A stretch of 64,000 nt of DNA from Balanoglossus misakiensis (taxonomy: Eukaryota; Animalia; Hemichordata), in assembly GCA_040954595.2 (NCBI GenBank), contig CM082578.2:5810831-5874830 (forward strand), read 5' to 3'. Shown one piece after another: positions 1-11,006 of the stretch. The translations under genes were made by a program, and so were the position numbers. The notes beneath the pieces were generated by a model. That model made no database searches, was not told the origin of the DNA, and saw only the letters and a list, made by a program, of their open reading frames with translations. The first letter of the stretch is position 1. Each line of letters starts with the position of its first letter.

Positions 1-219
1 TTATGTTGAAATCTGAAATACGTGCACGCAGCATGCCAGATGAGTGTGAAATTTTAATAGGCAAGCATAAATGCCTGGAAAAATATGTTCATGCACGACA
101 CACTACCATTTACGACATTACATTTAATCTGTAGAATATATATTGGCATAATCGTCACGGAAATACATCTGCAGCGGATATATTCACCGCACGAAAAGTC
201 AAATTTGTCATATTCTTTA

Positions 220-424
220 GAAGGGGTCGTCGCGCCGCTTTTGTTTGTTTATAAGCATTACAATTCATCCACAAATCCCTGAAATTAGATCATTCTTAGA
301 ATGAACAAAGCAGCCAACCGTAGCATAGACTGGGCATGACAGCAACTGAAGATCTTTAGTAGGTCGTGGCGACTGCAGTGGGTTTCGCGCTGGTATGGGA
401 GGACATATTCTCGACCCCTTCCCT
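220..424. mobile_element. TTAA-type (Kolobok/T2-like) MITE, copy 1, left end eroded
   Basis: Inverted ends GAAGGGGTCG (220-229) and CGACCCCTTCCCT (412-424) followed by TTAA (425-428). Internal 265-411 aligns with about 38086-38231. Confidence 0.65.
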
Positions 425-429
425 TTAAC

Positions 430-1960
430 CAACGAGACAGGGCAAACGAAGCACCACATGTTATCATGTGCGTCCATGTTGTATGGGAAACCATGTTACA
501 GACACGGTACTTTGTAACTAGCCCTCTACCAATGTAAATATTTCAATGGCTGATCACATATCACGGAAAACAAGTCATCTACACTTTTTATCGGCTTCTC
601 TGTGAAGGTCGACGATTCTCGCGTAACGTTTTTTCCCCCTGATGTCTTCAGTGAGAGCTTTGCCCTTGGAAATGTCATAACTGTGTACGCCCACCTGCGA
701 TGTGAGTAAATCACTGGTACAGAAATGGCGGTAAAGACGTCTACTATAGAATTTATTTTCTGACAGTTGTGAGCGGGAAGTGTTCATCGCTGCCGTGGGA
801 TTTGTTGCGATTATCACTGAGACAGTTTCCTCTGCCCCTTGTTTATACACATCCTTCAGTGACACAGGTGGCAGCGAGGAATGTGATAAGTTTATTTCCA
901 AAGGCGTTGTGTAAGGTCTGATAAATTCTCGTGGTCGTATTTTGGAACAAGTTCAGACCGTGTGACGAGTTTTTCTCTGACTGAGAAAAGATGTTGCGGC
1001 GGTATAGAATTCAATTGTATTATAGTGTTGCCTTGGTGACACTTTAACAGCTGATTTGTACATTGTACATCTGCCCCGTTGTTTCGCTTTCCAGTTGTGT
1101 TTACTGTAGACAGTTCATTGTTTCTCGTGGTTTGGTTGCAATTGGGTAGGTGCGATGACGGGTGTAGCAACTGAACGTGGATTAGGTTAGGTCAAATAGG
1201 TTTTGGTCTCTTCAGTTTCTGTTGTTACTGTGGCTTTGGAAATTACACGTTGGTTGTCAGTCTGGGGGGATTCACCGGTCTTCATTCCGGTAATTGTGAG
1301 TCTCTTGTGTCATGTCATTCTGGTGTGCCTGCGGGGATTATTTTTGCGATTTCAGATGAATGGTGGTATGTTTTCGATAAAGTTCTATAGCTGCTGCAGA
1401 TCTTTACACTGTTCTTCTTAAATTCTGGGGGTTGTTCGAATTTCTTTAGAAATATAGTACGTGTGTGTTGGGAGGGGGGCATACAATATTTTTTTCTCGT
1501 TGCACCTCGGTTTTTGTCCATTTTTCTGCTTGCTTTTACCAGGTTCCCCAAAGATTCAATGGACGTCTTATTTTCCCTAAACACTTCCTCGTCGTCACGC
1601 GTGGGAGATGTTTGCTGATCATGACTGCTTGGGCCGGAGGGGCATACGTATGCTTCATTTGTGGACAATGGGTTTCGTGTTGACGGCTTGGTGATATTCT
1701 TTTTCACTGGACTGTCCCTTATGTTCCGGGTTTGGCTAGACCGTAATGCATGTACATGTATATATAGGCCGATATGGTTGTGTCGTATTTTATATCAGGG
1801 ATGGAAGGGCCCACCAACGCGCATATTTCTGCTACACTAAGGTGCTCCACGACGACTATACACAATAATAATCAATGTACTAATACATAAAGCTAGAGAA
1901 AACTGTCTAAGGCCTTGCACTAAAAAACAGAGCTTAAATACCCTCTAAATAAAATACGAT
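430..1960 (-). pseudogene. Possible decayed ORF of an unidentified mobile element or virus, with an LTR-like 5' segment
   Basis: Abutting or overlapping minus-strand ORFs (1315-1707, 892-1170, 575-901, 526-714), A-rich on the minus strand. Upstream GGGTATTTAAG TATA-like motif. 11-bp inverted repeat TCGTATTTTAT at 1783-1793 / 1949-1959. No recognisable domain. Confidence 0.25.
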
Positions 1961-4087
1961 CGCGTGTATATAAATCCGATTATCTGTCTATAATCGTCGT
2001 TATATCACGAAATCCTCACCAGCCTTATTTTATAATTTATAAACACTGCGGTAGAATCTGTTCGCAAACACCTCAGAGTGTACTAGAGACTTGCACATTC
2101 ATGTCTGCAGGCGTGAGGACATAAAATGTGCGGATGCCAGAGCTTTCTTTTGGGGCTTCTGCATTTATTAAAACGGTTAACCTCTGGCTTTTGTCGTTAG
2201 ACAGTACGTGCGCTATGAAATGTCAAATGATATGAGAAATGCAACTGGTCTCACTAGTAGTTTAATCGTAGTAGCACGCCGCAAGCGGCGAATGTACGCA
2301 TCGGTCGATTAAATATTCCGCGGGATATACTTGCTTACGCTTCATGACAATTACACATTTTCTTTGAAATCATAAGAAAGCATACCTTTATCGCGACTAC
2401 AGAACGCAAGTTAGTTCAGCATTATGACGAATATAACGTCTACATCGACTTGCACACCTATATGTTTGAAGTACTGCACTGTGGACTCTAGACATGCGCA
2501 AACACCGAGTACTGAGGACTGTCAACAGCTGCTCGGCGTGCATTTTAGTTTTTATTTCTGTAATGTGGTTACGGCGATTCGACGCATGTAGTCGCCTAGG
2601 TACCCGTCTTTTGTGAGAATCCACTCTATCGCACCCAGCGACCTGTGCGCAGCCGTCATATTGAGTGTGGCTCGGTCATACGTAATCACCGAGTATTGTG
2701 TTCCCCCCTGGACTGTCGACGGCGGCTTGTGTCGTTTTGTCCGCGTTTTCACTGATGTATACATCATGATGCGACGCCAGCAGCCGCCTACGGCACTCGT
2801 TTTATGATAATCTACGTAATCATAAGTACCCAATGATAAAGTATACGCTAGGTACAGTGAGACTGCAGTTGCTGAAAACTAAACAAACAAACAATTAAAC
2901 ACAGGTGATTATATGATATCATAATGTTCCACTCGAGCACAACGCTTTGACACTGTTCTATACAAATGCGACAATCAATGTATGCAGCGTTTTCGACCGT
3001 GTTCGCCTAACAATTGCTAGAGAGTTGTGATGATGTCAATTCTTGTGAGCCGTGCATATCTATGAGACGACATTGCCGCTTCAGCCAAGGACCCAGGGTG
3101 TCGTCGTGCACTTAAGAATTGAGATACATGCATTAAAAAGTCAGTCTCATTTCAAGTCGCAAATATTCACAGAATTCATTTATGGCAAGCGAAAACAGTT
3201 TGTAGGCGTTGAACGTGCACTAAATGTTGCTTTATTTGTTCACATACATGTACCAGAGGGGAGGCGACATGATGATATATCTTTTGTGTTTGCCATTATC
3301 GTCGCGCAAATATATCTTGCTATTTAATCCATGAGGCGAGTCCAAATAATTGAAAGCGTAAATTTTGATCGTGCCGTACACTAATATACCGACGTTTGTG
3401 AAGTGAGGCTTTTGAGGAGTATATGATCTATGCCAATTTTCCCACTTTGTTTTTAATCTGTTACTCAACCTTAACGCATCATTTCAGTTACACATAACAG
3501 CAAATGGACGCATCTCGCATTTTAAAATTATATATCCATTTGTGACATGTTAAATACTCAAAACGCTATACGGCTATTGACTGTTAACATGGAAGTAAAT
3601 TTCATATTACCAGTAGGTTAAAACACTCCTTATTTTGCATCGACGTATTAAATACCCGTTTAAATATCCATTTACTTGACCACATATATTGCCTGACATC
3701 TGATACAGTAATTCAAATGGAACCTACATATACATGGGGTGAAGTTATAATATAACGGTAATTTTCTATTTACCTTGTATCGTTCATCACTGATTGCTTT
3801 TTTTTAATCAACCGAGATCACATTACTTGCACCACAGGCAGTGAGGTACGATACGTGTATCGTTCCCATTTTGAAACGTAATTTTGCAAAACCGGGAACA
3901 AAAAAATTATAGACATACATTATAAGTCTTGCTAATGATTTTCCGAATACATCACCTGGCAGGGTATATGGACGCTTAATTAACATCGTGTGGTATTCAT
4001 CAACACTTGTTTCCTTGGAAACGATGCATGTACCCATGATTCATTGCTGCAGTGCATGCGTCAGTTCCCCCCGGTTTCAATAGGCAA

Positions 4088-4123
4088 TATAAGACTCAGC
4101 GGTAGTGTCGGCTTTGCACAGTT
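4088..4123 (+). promoter_or_regulatory. Putative TATA + initiator core promoter of the GPCR
   Basis: TATAAG at 4088-4093 and Inr-like CAGTT at 4119-4123 (about 32 nt apart), about 50 nt before the ATG. CRE/AP-1-like TGCGTCA at about 4057-4063. Confidence 0.45.
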
Positions 4124-4172
4124 CTTCTGCAGCGCCGTTAGGACTTGGAAGAAAAGCTGACTGGCGTGTATC

Positions 4173-5144
4173 ATGGATTCGGATGAAGTGCCGATTCACT
4201 ACATGGCGGCGGAAACTAATTCTTCACGGGTTGAACATGACTATTTCGATTCGTATGATTACTACAATTATTCGGGGTATGCTCCGTGCATCAGCCAGCG
4301 GTCTCAGGCAATAGTGGGCCTGACCATCACAAGTTTCGGAATACCGATGAACGTAACTTTCATGATCGTCGTCGCCCGCGTGCGATCCATGCGAACGGTC
4401 ACCAATGCGTACCTGGTCAACGTCGCCGTGGCGGACGTGTTGCACCTGTTCACTCACTGGGCCGCGTGGTTCTGTCTCGTCGTCCTCGGCTCTATGTGTC
4501 CGATGAGCACCAGCGCCGACGCCGTCCGCCTGTCACTCAGCGTCAACCGCATCATGCAGTTCTCATCGCTGCTCACAGTCACCGTGCTGGGCTTCGACAG
4601 ATACCTGGCTGTTTGCCGACCTGTGCTGTACAAGCGAGGGTTGCTCCACCGGCCGGCTGTCGTGGTGAAAATCATCAGCGCCATATGGGTCTGCAGCGTG
4701 CTCATGTCTTTGGAGACGGTATTGCAGGCACTCGGCTTGTACAACCAGTCACCCTGGATATTTCTCATCGTGCTGCTAGCGTCTGTGCTGACGACGGCCG
4801 TGTTCTACTCGTTGATCATACGCAAAGTCAGAAAGGCCACCAGGAAAGGGAGCACAGCCCAGGCGCTCAGAAGTCGAGAGAAACAGATTGTGAGATTGTG
4901 CATCGTGACAACGGTAGTTTACTTCATGTGCGCCGTACCTATGCTTATCCAGACTCTCGATGTGCTCATTAACTACTACCAGGCGAATAGGTGGTTCAGA
5001 GACTGCGCAGTGGTGGTGCTGATGAATGTAGCCACGTTCTGTCTAGAAATTAATTCTTCGGTCAATCCGATAATCTACAATGCGGCGAGTTCAAAATATC
5101 GGAAAGCGTTCGTCTCCGCTTTTTGTATGAAGTGTTTCAAGTAG
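4173..5144 (+). CDS. Intronless class A (rhodopsin-like) 7TM GPCR, 323 aa, orphan (peptide-receptor-like or chemoreceptor-like)
   Basis: Seven hydrophobic segments with class A motifs: TM1 GIPMN, TM2 NAYLVNVAVAD, TM3 DRYLAVCRP, TM4 IW, TM5 FYSLI, TM6 YFMCAVP, TM7 NSSVNPIIY, helix 8 YRKAF. GC-rich codons against an AT-rich background. Kozak context atcATGG. Confidence 0.96.
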   Translation: MDSDEVPIHYMAAETNSSRVEHDYFDSYDYYNYSGYAPCISQRSQAIVGLTITSFGIPMNVTFMIVVARVRSMRTVTNAYLVNVAVADVLHLFTHWAAWFCLVVLGSMCPMSTSADAVRLSLSVNRIMQFSSLLTVTVLGFDRYLAVCRPVLYKRGLLHRPAVVVKIISAIWVCSVLMSLETVLQALGLYNQSPWIFLIVLLASVLTTAVFYSLIIRKVRKATRKGSTAQALRSREKQIVRLCIVTTVVYFMCAVPMLIQTLDVLINYYQANRWFRDCAVVVLMNVATFCLEINSSVNPIIYNAASSKYRKAFVSAFCMKCFK

Positions 5145-5239
5145 TGCAAACACGGTGGTCAGGACCCGTAGAAAAGCGAACAAAAGACACATTTACGGTA
5201 TGCAAAACAAGTATGTATATCATAATTCTCAGTGCACAT

Positions 5240-5245
5240 AATAAA
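5240..5245 (+). terminator. Candidate polyadenylation signal of the GPCR
   Basis: AATAAA about 95 nt after the stop codon; no transcript support. Confidence 0.3.
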
Positions 5246-8200
5246 AAGAGACTATATACGTGGGACGGCTGATAAATTTTCAGTTTCAATACAGAATCAG
5301 CGAGGTAGTACCCAAATTGGATAGGTATATATAGCATGGGTTGTGGAGGGAGACGTCTTATCCTCTTTGAGTCACAATTCTCGTCAAAAAAAATTGTCAG
5401 AGAGCGTGTAAGTAATTGCAGGCCCAGAATCTCCGTTTGTGATACGAGCGGGCAAGTAACTCACTTCCTGTGTGTTGAAAAACTGTAATGTTACATGACG
5501 TAGCTTGCAATCGAACAAAGCGAACGATTCGAGCTGGTAATAGCGTTTGATTGGCACATTGGGGAGAATGGCGTATGTTCTATGGTTTCTGTTTTATGAA
5601 TACAAGGTTAACCTTTTGCTTTAACTAGACGCTTTTGCCAGATACATTTACATGCAAAGGACTAGGACTGAAATTTCACACTTTTATAAGGAATATTACA
5701 AACCAGTGTGCCAAGCGAAGACTGTGGCAAAGTGCGATGCGAAAACGAAGGTCAAAAATGAATGACATATACCAACATAATATATTTATGAGGAAATATT
5801 ATACTAGTATTATAGCGTCCGTGAGATTTATAGCGATTGTAAATCTATCGATTTTATTTCAAGGATTTTTTTACATTCTCTTGTCATGACCATTAGGTAT
5901 ACAACACCCACCGAGTAAACACGTACGTACAAGCAGCGCACTTAATGACTGTGCATATAGCATTGTGTTGTAAAGCGTTGTTCCACATTGTAAATTTCAG
6001 CTTTTTGTGCAAGACTTTACAGTCAATTCATTTAACTAGTTAGTTTCATTTGCCAATTTATTTATTTGCCGTTCTGCTTTGTTACTTTATTTATTTATTT
6101 GTTTGTCTGTTTATTTGTTGTATGTATCTACACGACTCTCGTGTTCGGTTAGGTGCAGTAAAAATGCATGAAATATCACAATGTTTAATTTTCTTGTGTG
6201 GTGCGACAGCATAGGAAATCCGCATTTTAACTTTTCCCCAACACGGAAACTAGCCGGGTTGGATTCATCTCTCCGATCTAATCCTTTATTTATGGATGTT
6301 GTTACTGTAAACACAGACCCTTCATGCTTTTGGCACATTTTCTCCAAAATGCTTCAACCTGGTTGGTCAATCCCTAGTTTATCAATGTAAATTTACCCGA
6401 GTAAAATCATGAATATTAATAGACGTGGCTCAAACGGCTGTTATTAGCCTGAAGTGCCGGTACCGGCCTCATCTACATGTAGATCTGTGTGATATGTACA
6501 TTTTAAATTAATTACTACCCTCCATGGCGACTTCAAGAAATGAGTACGGTATATTAGTATCCATAGTTATTGATAGTTCCGCTGACGCCCTCCAGCGACA
6601 CTCATATCTTGAAAGCTGTCGTTTAGAATAGATCGAACCATTGTTCCGTTTTGCATGTTTGATTTTGTTGTCTGAAAGATCAAAATATTGTCTTGCTGAA
6701 ATCGAACAGACTTTGTATAGATATCAATATAAAGCGCCGGCAGAAGAACGTACGTTACTTTCATTGTAGTGTGTTTTCAAATGGATGCGAAATTCTCTGT
6801 TATTGCCAGTATTTCACGATACATCGGAAAAAAGTATAGGTATCAATGCTAAATGTAGTTGTTGTATTTCGGTTGCGGTATTATCACCGGCACGCGATTG
6901 ATTTAATCCCGGTGGGTGCGAAATTGAGAACTTAACAAATCGATATTAAAGAGGAATCGGCTTTGAATTTCGCACAAATGAACAGAACAGATCCCGTCAT
7001 TGTCAATCGGAAGGACACACACAGATTTGTACTGGGCACGGTTGGAACCACTTTGTGATAATTACAAGGGGATAAAATATGCAAAAAACAATCACAGCAC
7101 ACGCACATGCGCACTCGCTTTAGAATTTCGGCGTTGCACCCAAGTACAACGAATGCTACTTGTTTCGCACACATTTTATTCGCGTGCAATTTTTCCTAAA
7201 AATGGTTTTAACCTCGTTGAATGTCTTTGTTTTTTTACCAACTTTCCATAACAAAGTTTGCCGAACAGAAAAAAACACACGGAAGAGCTGTTCAACGGAA
7301 TCAAAACAGTGATACCGTAGTTCCACTGTGATGCGAATTTGAAATTAGGTCGGTTATATACACAAGCGGTTTAACCTGCAACTGCCCGACATAGATAGCA
7401 TTCATCGTTACATTTACTCACAATGTGACGACGATAAAAGTATGAAATCGAAGATGTCAAGGTTGTCCCCCGATATCGGAACCATTGAAAGAATGTTTAA
7501 AATCTAAAACCTCTCCCCTGGGTAAGCGCATGTATCTGAAACCAAGTGCTGTGTTTGTCGGATTTTTATGTGTCAATAAAACAATCTAGATGAACAGTCA
7601 ATTTTTACGGATTTAATCGGTAAAGACAAACCGATTAAAAGTATCCCGCATCTGTCTATACTATACTCTTAAAAGTTTATGTGATGTTAAATGAGAAATA
7701 TATGCGTGCTCTTATATAGCTATAAACGTACGCGGTTAATTGCCATTGATAAAAATAGAAGACACTGTGCAAACGTGTAAATGGGCACCATGATAACTAT
7801 ATTGATTTTTGTCTGCACATTTATATTTAGCTTTACTCTTTAGCGGCCATATTTGCATAACTTGAGAGCGACAGAGAAAATACAACGCGAGAGTTCTCAA
7901 TGTTTAGGTACAAAACCGGGGCCACGCTTCAGATCGACTTTGTCATGCATCAATCTTTTCTCGTTTTATTTACCCAAATTCCTGTTTCTCAATGTATAGC
8001 TTGTCGGATGCATGCGAACAGTCAGCGTCATCACAGTGAAATAAATCTCTTATTTATGGATACCGGTGTTGTGGCAACCACTTCCTATCGCCGACATATA
8101 GTGTCCACATTATGCATATACATGTACCTGCGCCTTAACTTTTTGCAGAGTGACAGCATAAACCGATGTCCTATGATTGCAGGCTGTGGATGGTTTTGTA

Positions 8201-8679
8201 CCTTCGTACACTGAACTAGTACAAATACATGTACATTGCGTTGAATAACGGTGTTACTAAGCCGTTTCCGTCTACATCATAGACGCATCATCAGTGAAAA
8301 CGCGCGCCTATCATAGTTGTGCATGCACAAAATTCGAGGAACACGAACAGGGCATTTGTTCCCAAGCGGGTCAGCCAGAGAACAATACACCGCGATATTA
8401 TTTTGATAAGATCTAAAAATAGAACGTCGACTAAACATCGTGAATATTTATTTTTAATAATAATATCCCTGCTTTTACGTTTTAAGTGAACAGTTCATAA
8501 AGACGCGACAGATGTCAGCGCATAGTGTAATTGCTTTGGGTATACATACAAGAGACGTGTGATGGGGTGAATCAACAAATACGCGTGGCGTGGCGTTTTG
8601 CGGTTTGATGGCAGTTGATGCAGTGTGTATATACGCTGCAAAAAACCGCCACACGCCACGTATTTCTGTCAGATGAATG

Positions 8680-8946
8680 TCTGGCGCAAGTTTCGTTGAA
8701 CAGGATAGAGTACAATTTTCAGACATAGATTATTAATTAAAGATAGTTGACATGAAACGAATTGTACCATTATAATAATATTGTGAGAATTCTATCTGCA
8801 GAGTTCATCAAATGCAGTATTTCCATTCTTTCATCATTATCATGCAAACAAACAAACAAACTAACAGGCAGACAGACAGACAAGAAGACGGACGGCGGAC
8901 GGACGGACGTATATCAGTAAGACATTAGCTCATACATGTGAGCTAA
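8680..8946 (-). mobile_element. HINE-like (non-autonomous Helentron-type) remnant: terminal hairpin plus compound tetranucleotide microsatellite
   Basis: Hairpin TTAGCTCA-tacatg-TGAGCTAA (8925-8946) next to an (AAAC)n(GACA)n(GACG)n tract at about 8846-8909, the same layout as the heads of the 31-35 kb elements. Left boundary approximate. Confidence 0.4.
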
Positions 8947-10771
8947 AGCGCACACACTGCGGTGCAAATACAATGTACTACATTTCGTGGGGGGGGGGGG
9001 AATGGTGGATTTAAAAAAAAATGAAAAAACACAGTGTTAAGACGTTGCCAAGGCACCATTGTGCGAATGGGTGGGGCGAGAAGTAAACAAACTGTAGGCC
9101 TATTCAAACTCTAGTTCAATTGAACTTGATGCAGTCGTTTTGAAAACGTTATTTTTACTATAGTAAACTAACTGATCATATGCAACGTTACACACCATGC
9201 TCTGGTTGCTGAAATATTCCCAGTAACAGAAGCCCTCTCTTCGGCGCGGTGCATATCATGCAGTGAAACGGTTGTTATGATTTCGTCTTGAAAAATCTTC
9301 AACCTGAAATATGGCGCGAATAATTTCTTTTGGCATTTCACAACCTTTACTTTATTTATTTGTTTATTTTCTTGTCGTGTAGATAATGGTCCTTGCGTTT
9401 TGTTGTATCGATTGTGAATCATGACAGACATGGTACCAATACTCTTCAATTTATCTTTGAAGGTATGATGGATTGAATGCCACTATCTCCGCATCCATAG
9501 ATAAGGCGGATGCAACGCACGTCACCCTGATGCCAAGAGAATGTTGACAATCCGTGATAGGTTAGACCTCGTCTTTACATTGTTACTCTCACACTGACTA
9601 AATTTGGATAGGTATCCCCGAATGATTCACGTGGTTAACAACAGGCTGTTTCAATTTACCTGGCGAACTCGCCATGTGAATCAAATGCAGCTATGTACAT
9701 TGTGTAGAAAAAATAACCACATTGAACTGAAATTCGCTTTTAAATATAGTGGAAAGATATTGGCATTAATGTAATCCCTGCGACTGACCGTATAGATTCA
9801 CTTCAATGGATGGCGATTGCACCGATTCTGAGCATACCTAGATTCGAAGTTATTGATTAACAATCCCCAAAGTGGAGAAAAAATAATAATAACCGCGTTG
9901 ACATCTCTATGTAACTGTCTCCCCAGTTCTGATGACGCCAGATCTAATGCGATAGAGATTAAACTATTCCAGAACGTTGAAATTCCCTCCCTAATATCTC
10001 GTGACCATTAGATTAGATCATCTCTTCAGTCGTGACACGCCGTTTAGGTTCCCTTGCTAGCCAATTAAAAAAATGTCATAATTTCAATTTTCCGCTCGAC
10101 GTATTACATAAAACGAGTGACGCCAAGTCGATGTCTCAATCATCACGTGTCGTCTAGTCTGATAACGTAGTGTGTTAATATAAATGTTTTGTCAATTGCT
10201 CATGAAATTGCACGTTGTGTTTCTTCAATAAAACTATACATTAATTCATTGATGTATAATCTCTATATCTATATATAGAATTTACAAGCACACTCGAACA
10301 CAATTTGAAAGTTACAGGCGAGTTTCAACGACCTGTATTGATACATTGCCGAATTTTGAACAGTCTTGTACACGACAGTTTCTTTACTGACCGGCAGAAG
10401 TATATATTGAATGGTGAATATAAAATAATTTGAGTAGTCGTTAACTTTACGCTACGTAGATAATTTAACATTTGGGTACTGTTTACTGTTCGCTCTAGGC
10501 CTAGCCGCTTCTACCAAATATGTTTTTGGTAATTGTAAAATATTCTCAATCTCCTTCAATTTACTTACAAAATATGCTTTGGCAAGGCCACCAGGCTTAT
10601 GGGTCGTCTCATTGATATTTGGGGGACTCCAGCTGGAGGCAAGAAGTGTGACCGTTCCAAAGAAATCGAAAATAATCAGTCAAAGTGATGAAATGAACCA
10701 CAGTAGTATTTACCTCCCTGCAAGCAAACCGTTTTTCTTTCTGTATTAACAGGGAGACAAACATTAAATCT

Positions 10772-11006
10772 TGAAACACCATGCATTGACCGTTGCATTT
10801 TCATGAAATGTAACAACAGATATTTTATAAAAACGTATCGATTTCAGCGAATGAGTAAATTCGTTATACCATGCATACTAAAGGTCAGACTGAAACACCA
10901 TTGACCGTTGCATTTTCATGAAATATAACAACAGATATTTTATAAAAACGTTTCGATTCCAGCGAATGATATTCGTTATACCATCCATACTATACTGAAG
11001 GTCAGA
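10772..11006 (+). repeat. Tandem duplication, 2 copies, 119-bp period
   Basis: TGAAACACCA...CATTGACCGTTGCATTTTCATGAAAT...AAGGTCAGA starts at 10772 and again at 10891, with a few substitutions and indels. Confidence 0.9.

Noticed and set aside
380-412. Minus-strand TATG-TCCTCC-CATA resembling an HDV-like ribozyme P3/L3 in the MITE core
   Set aside because: Could not build P1, P1.1 and P2 consistently in both copies.
2252-2290. GC hairpin CGCCGC-AA-GCGGCG with CTAG nearby, like a minus-strand Helitron 3' end
   Set aside because: Spacing to CTAG is longer than typical, and there is no 5' end or second copy in the window.
4286-4972. 228-aa overlapping plus-strand ORF, and antisense ORFs 4224-4457 and 4454-4768
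   Set aside because: Arg/His/Pro-rich shadow frames expected from the GC-rich codons of the GPCR; no domain features.
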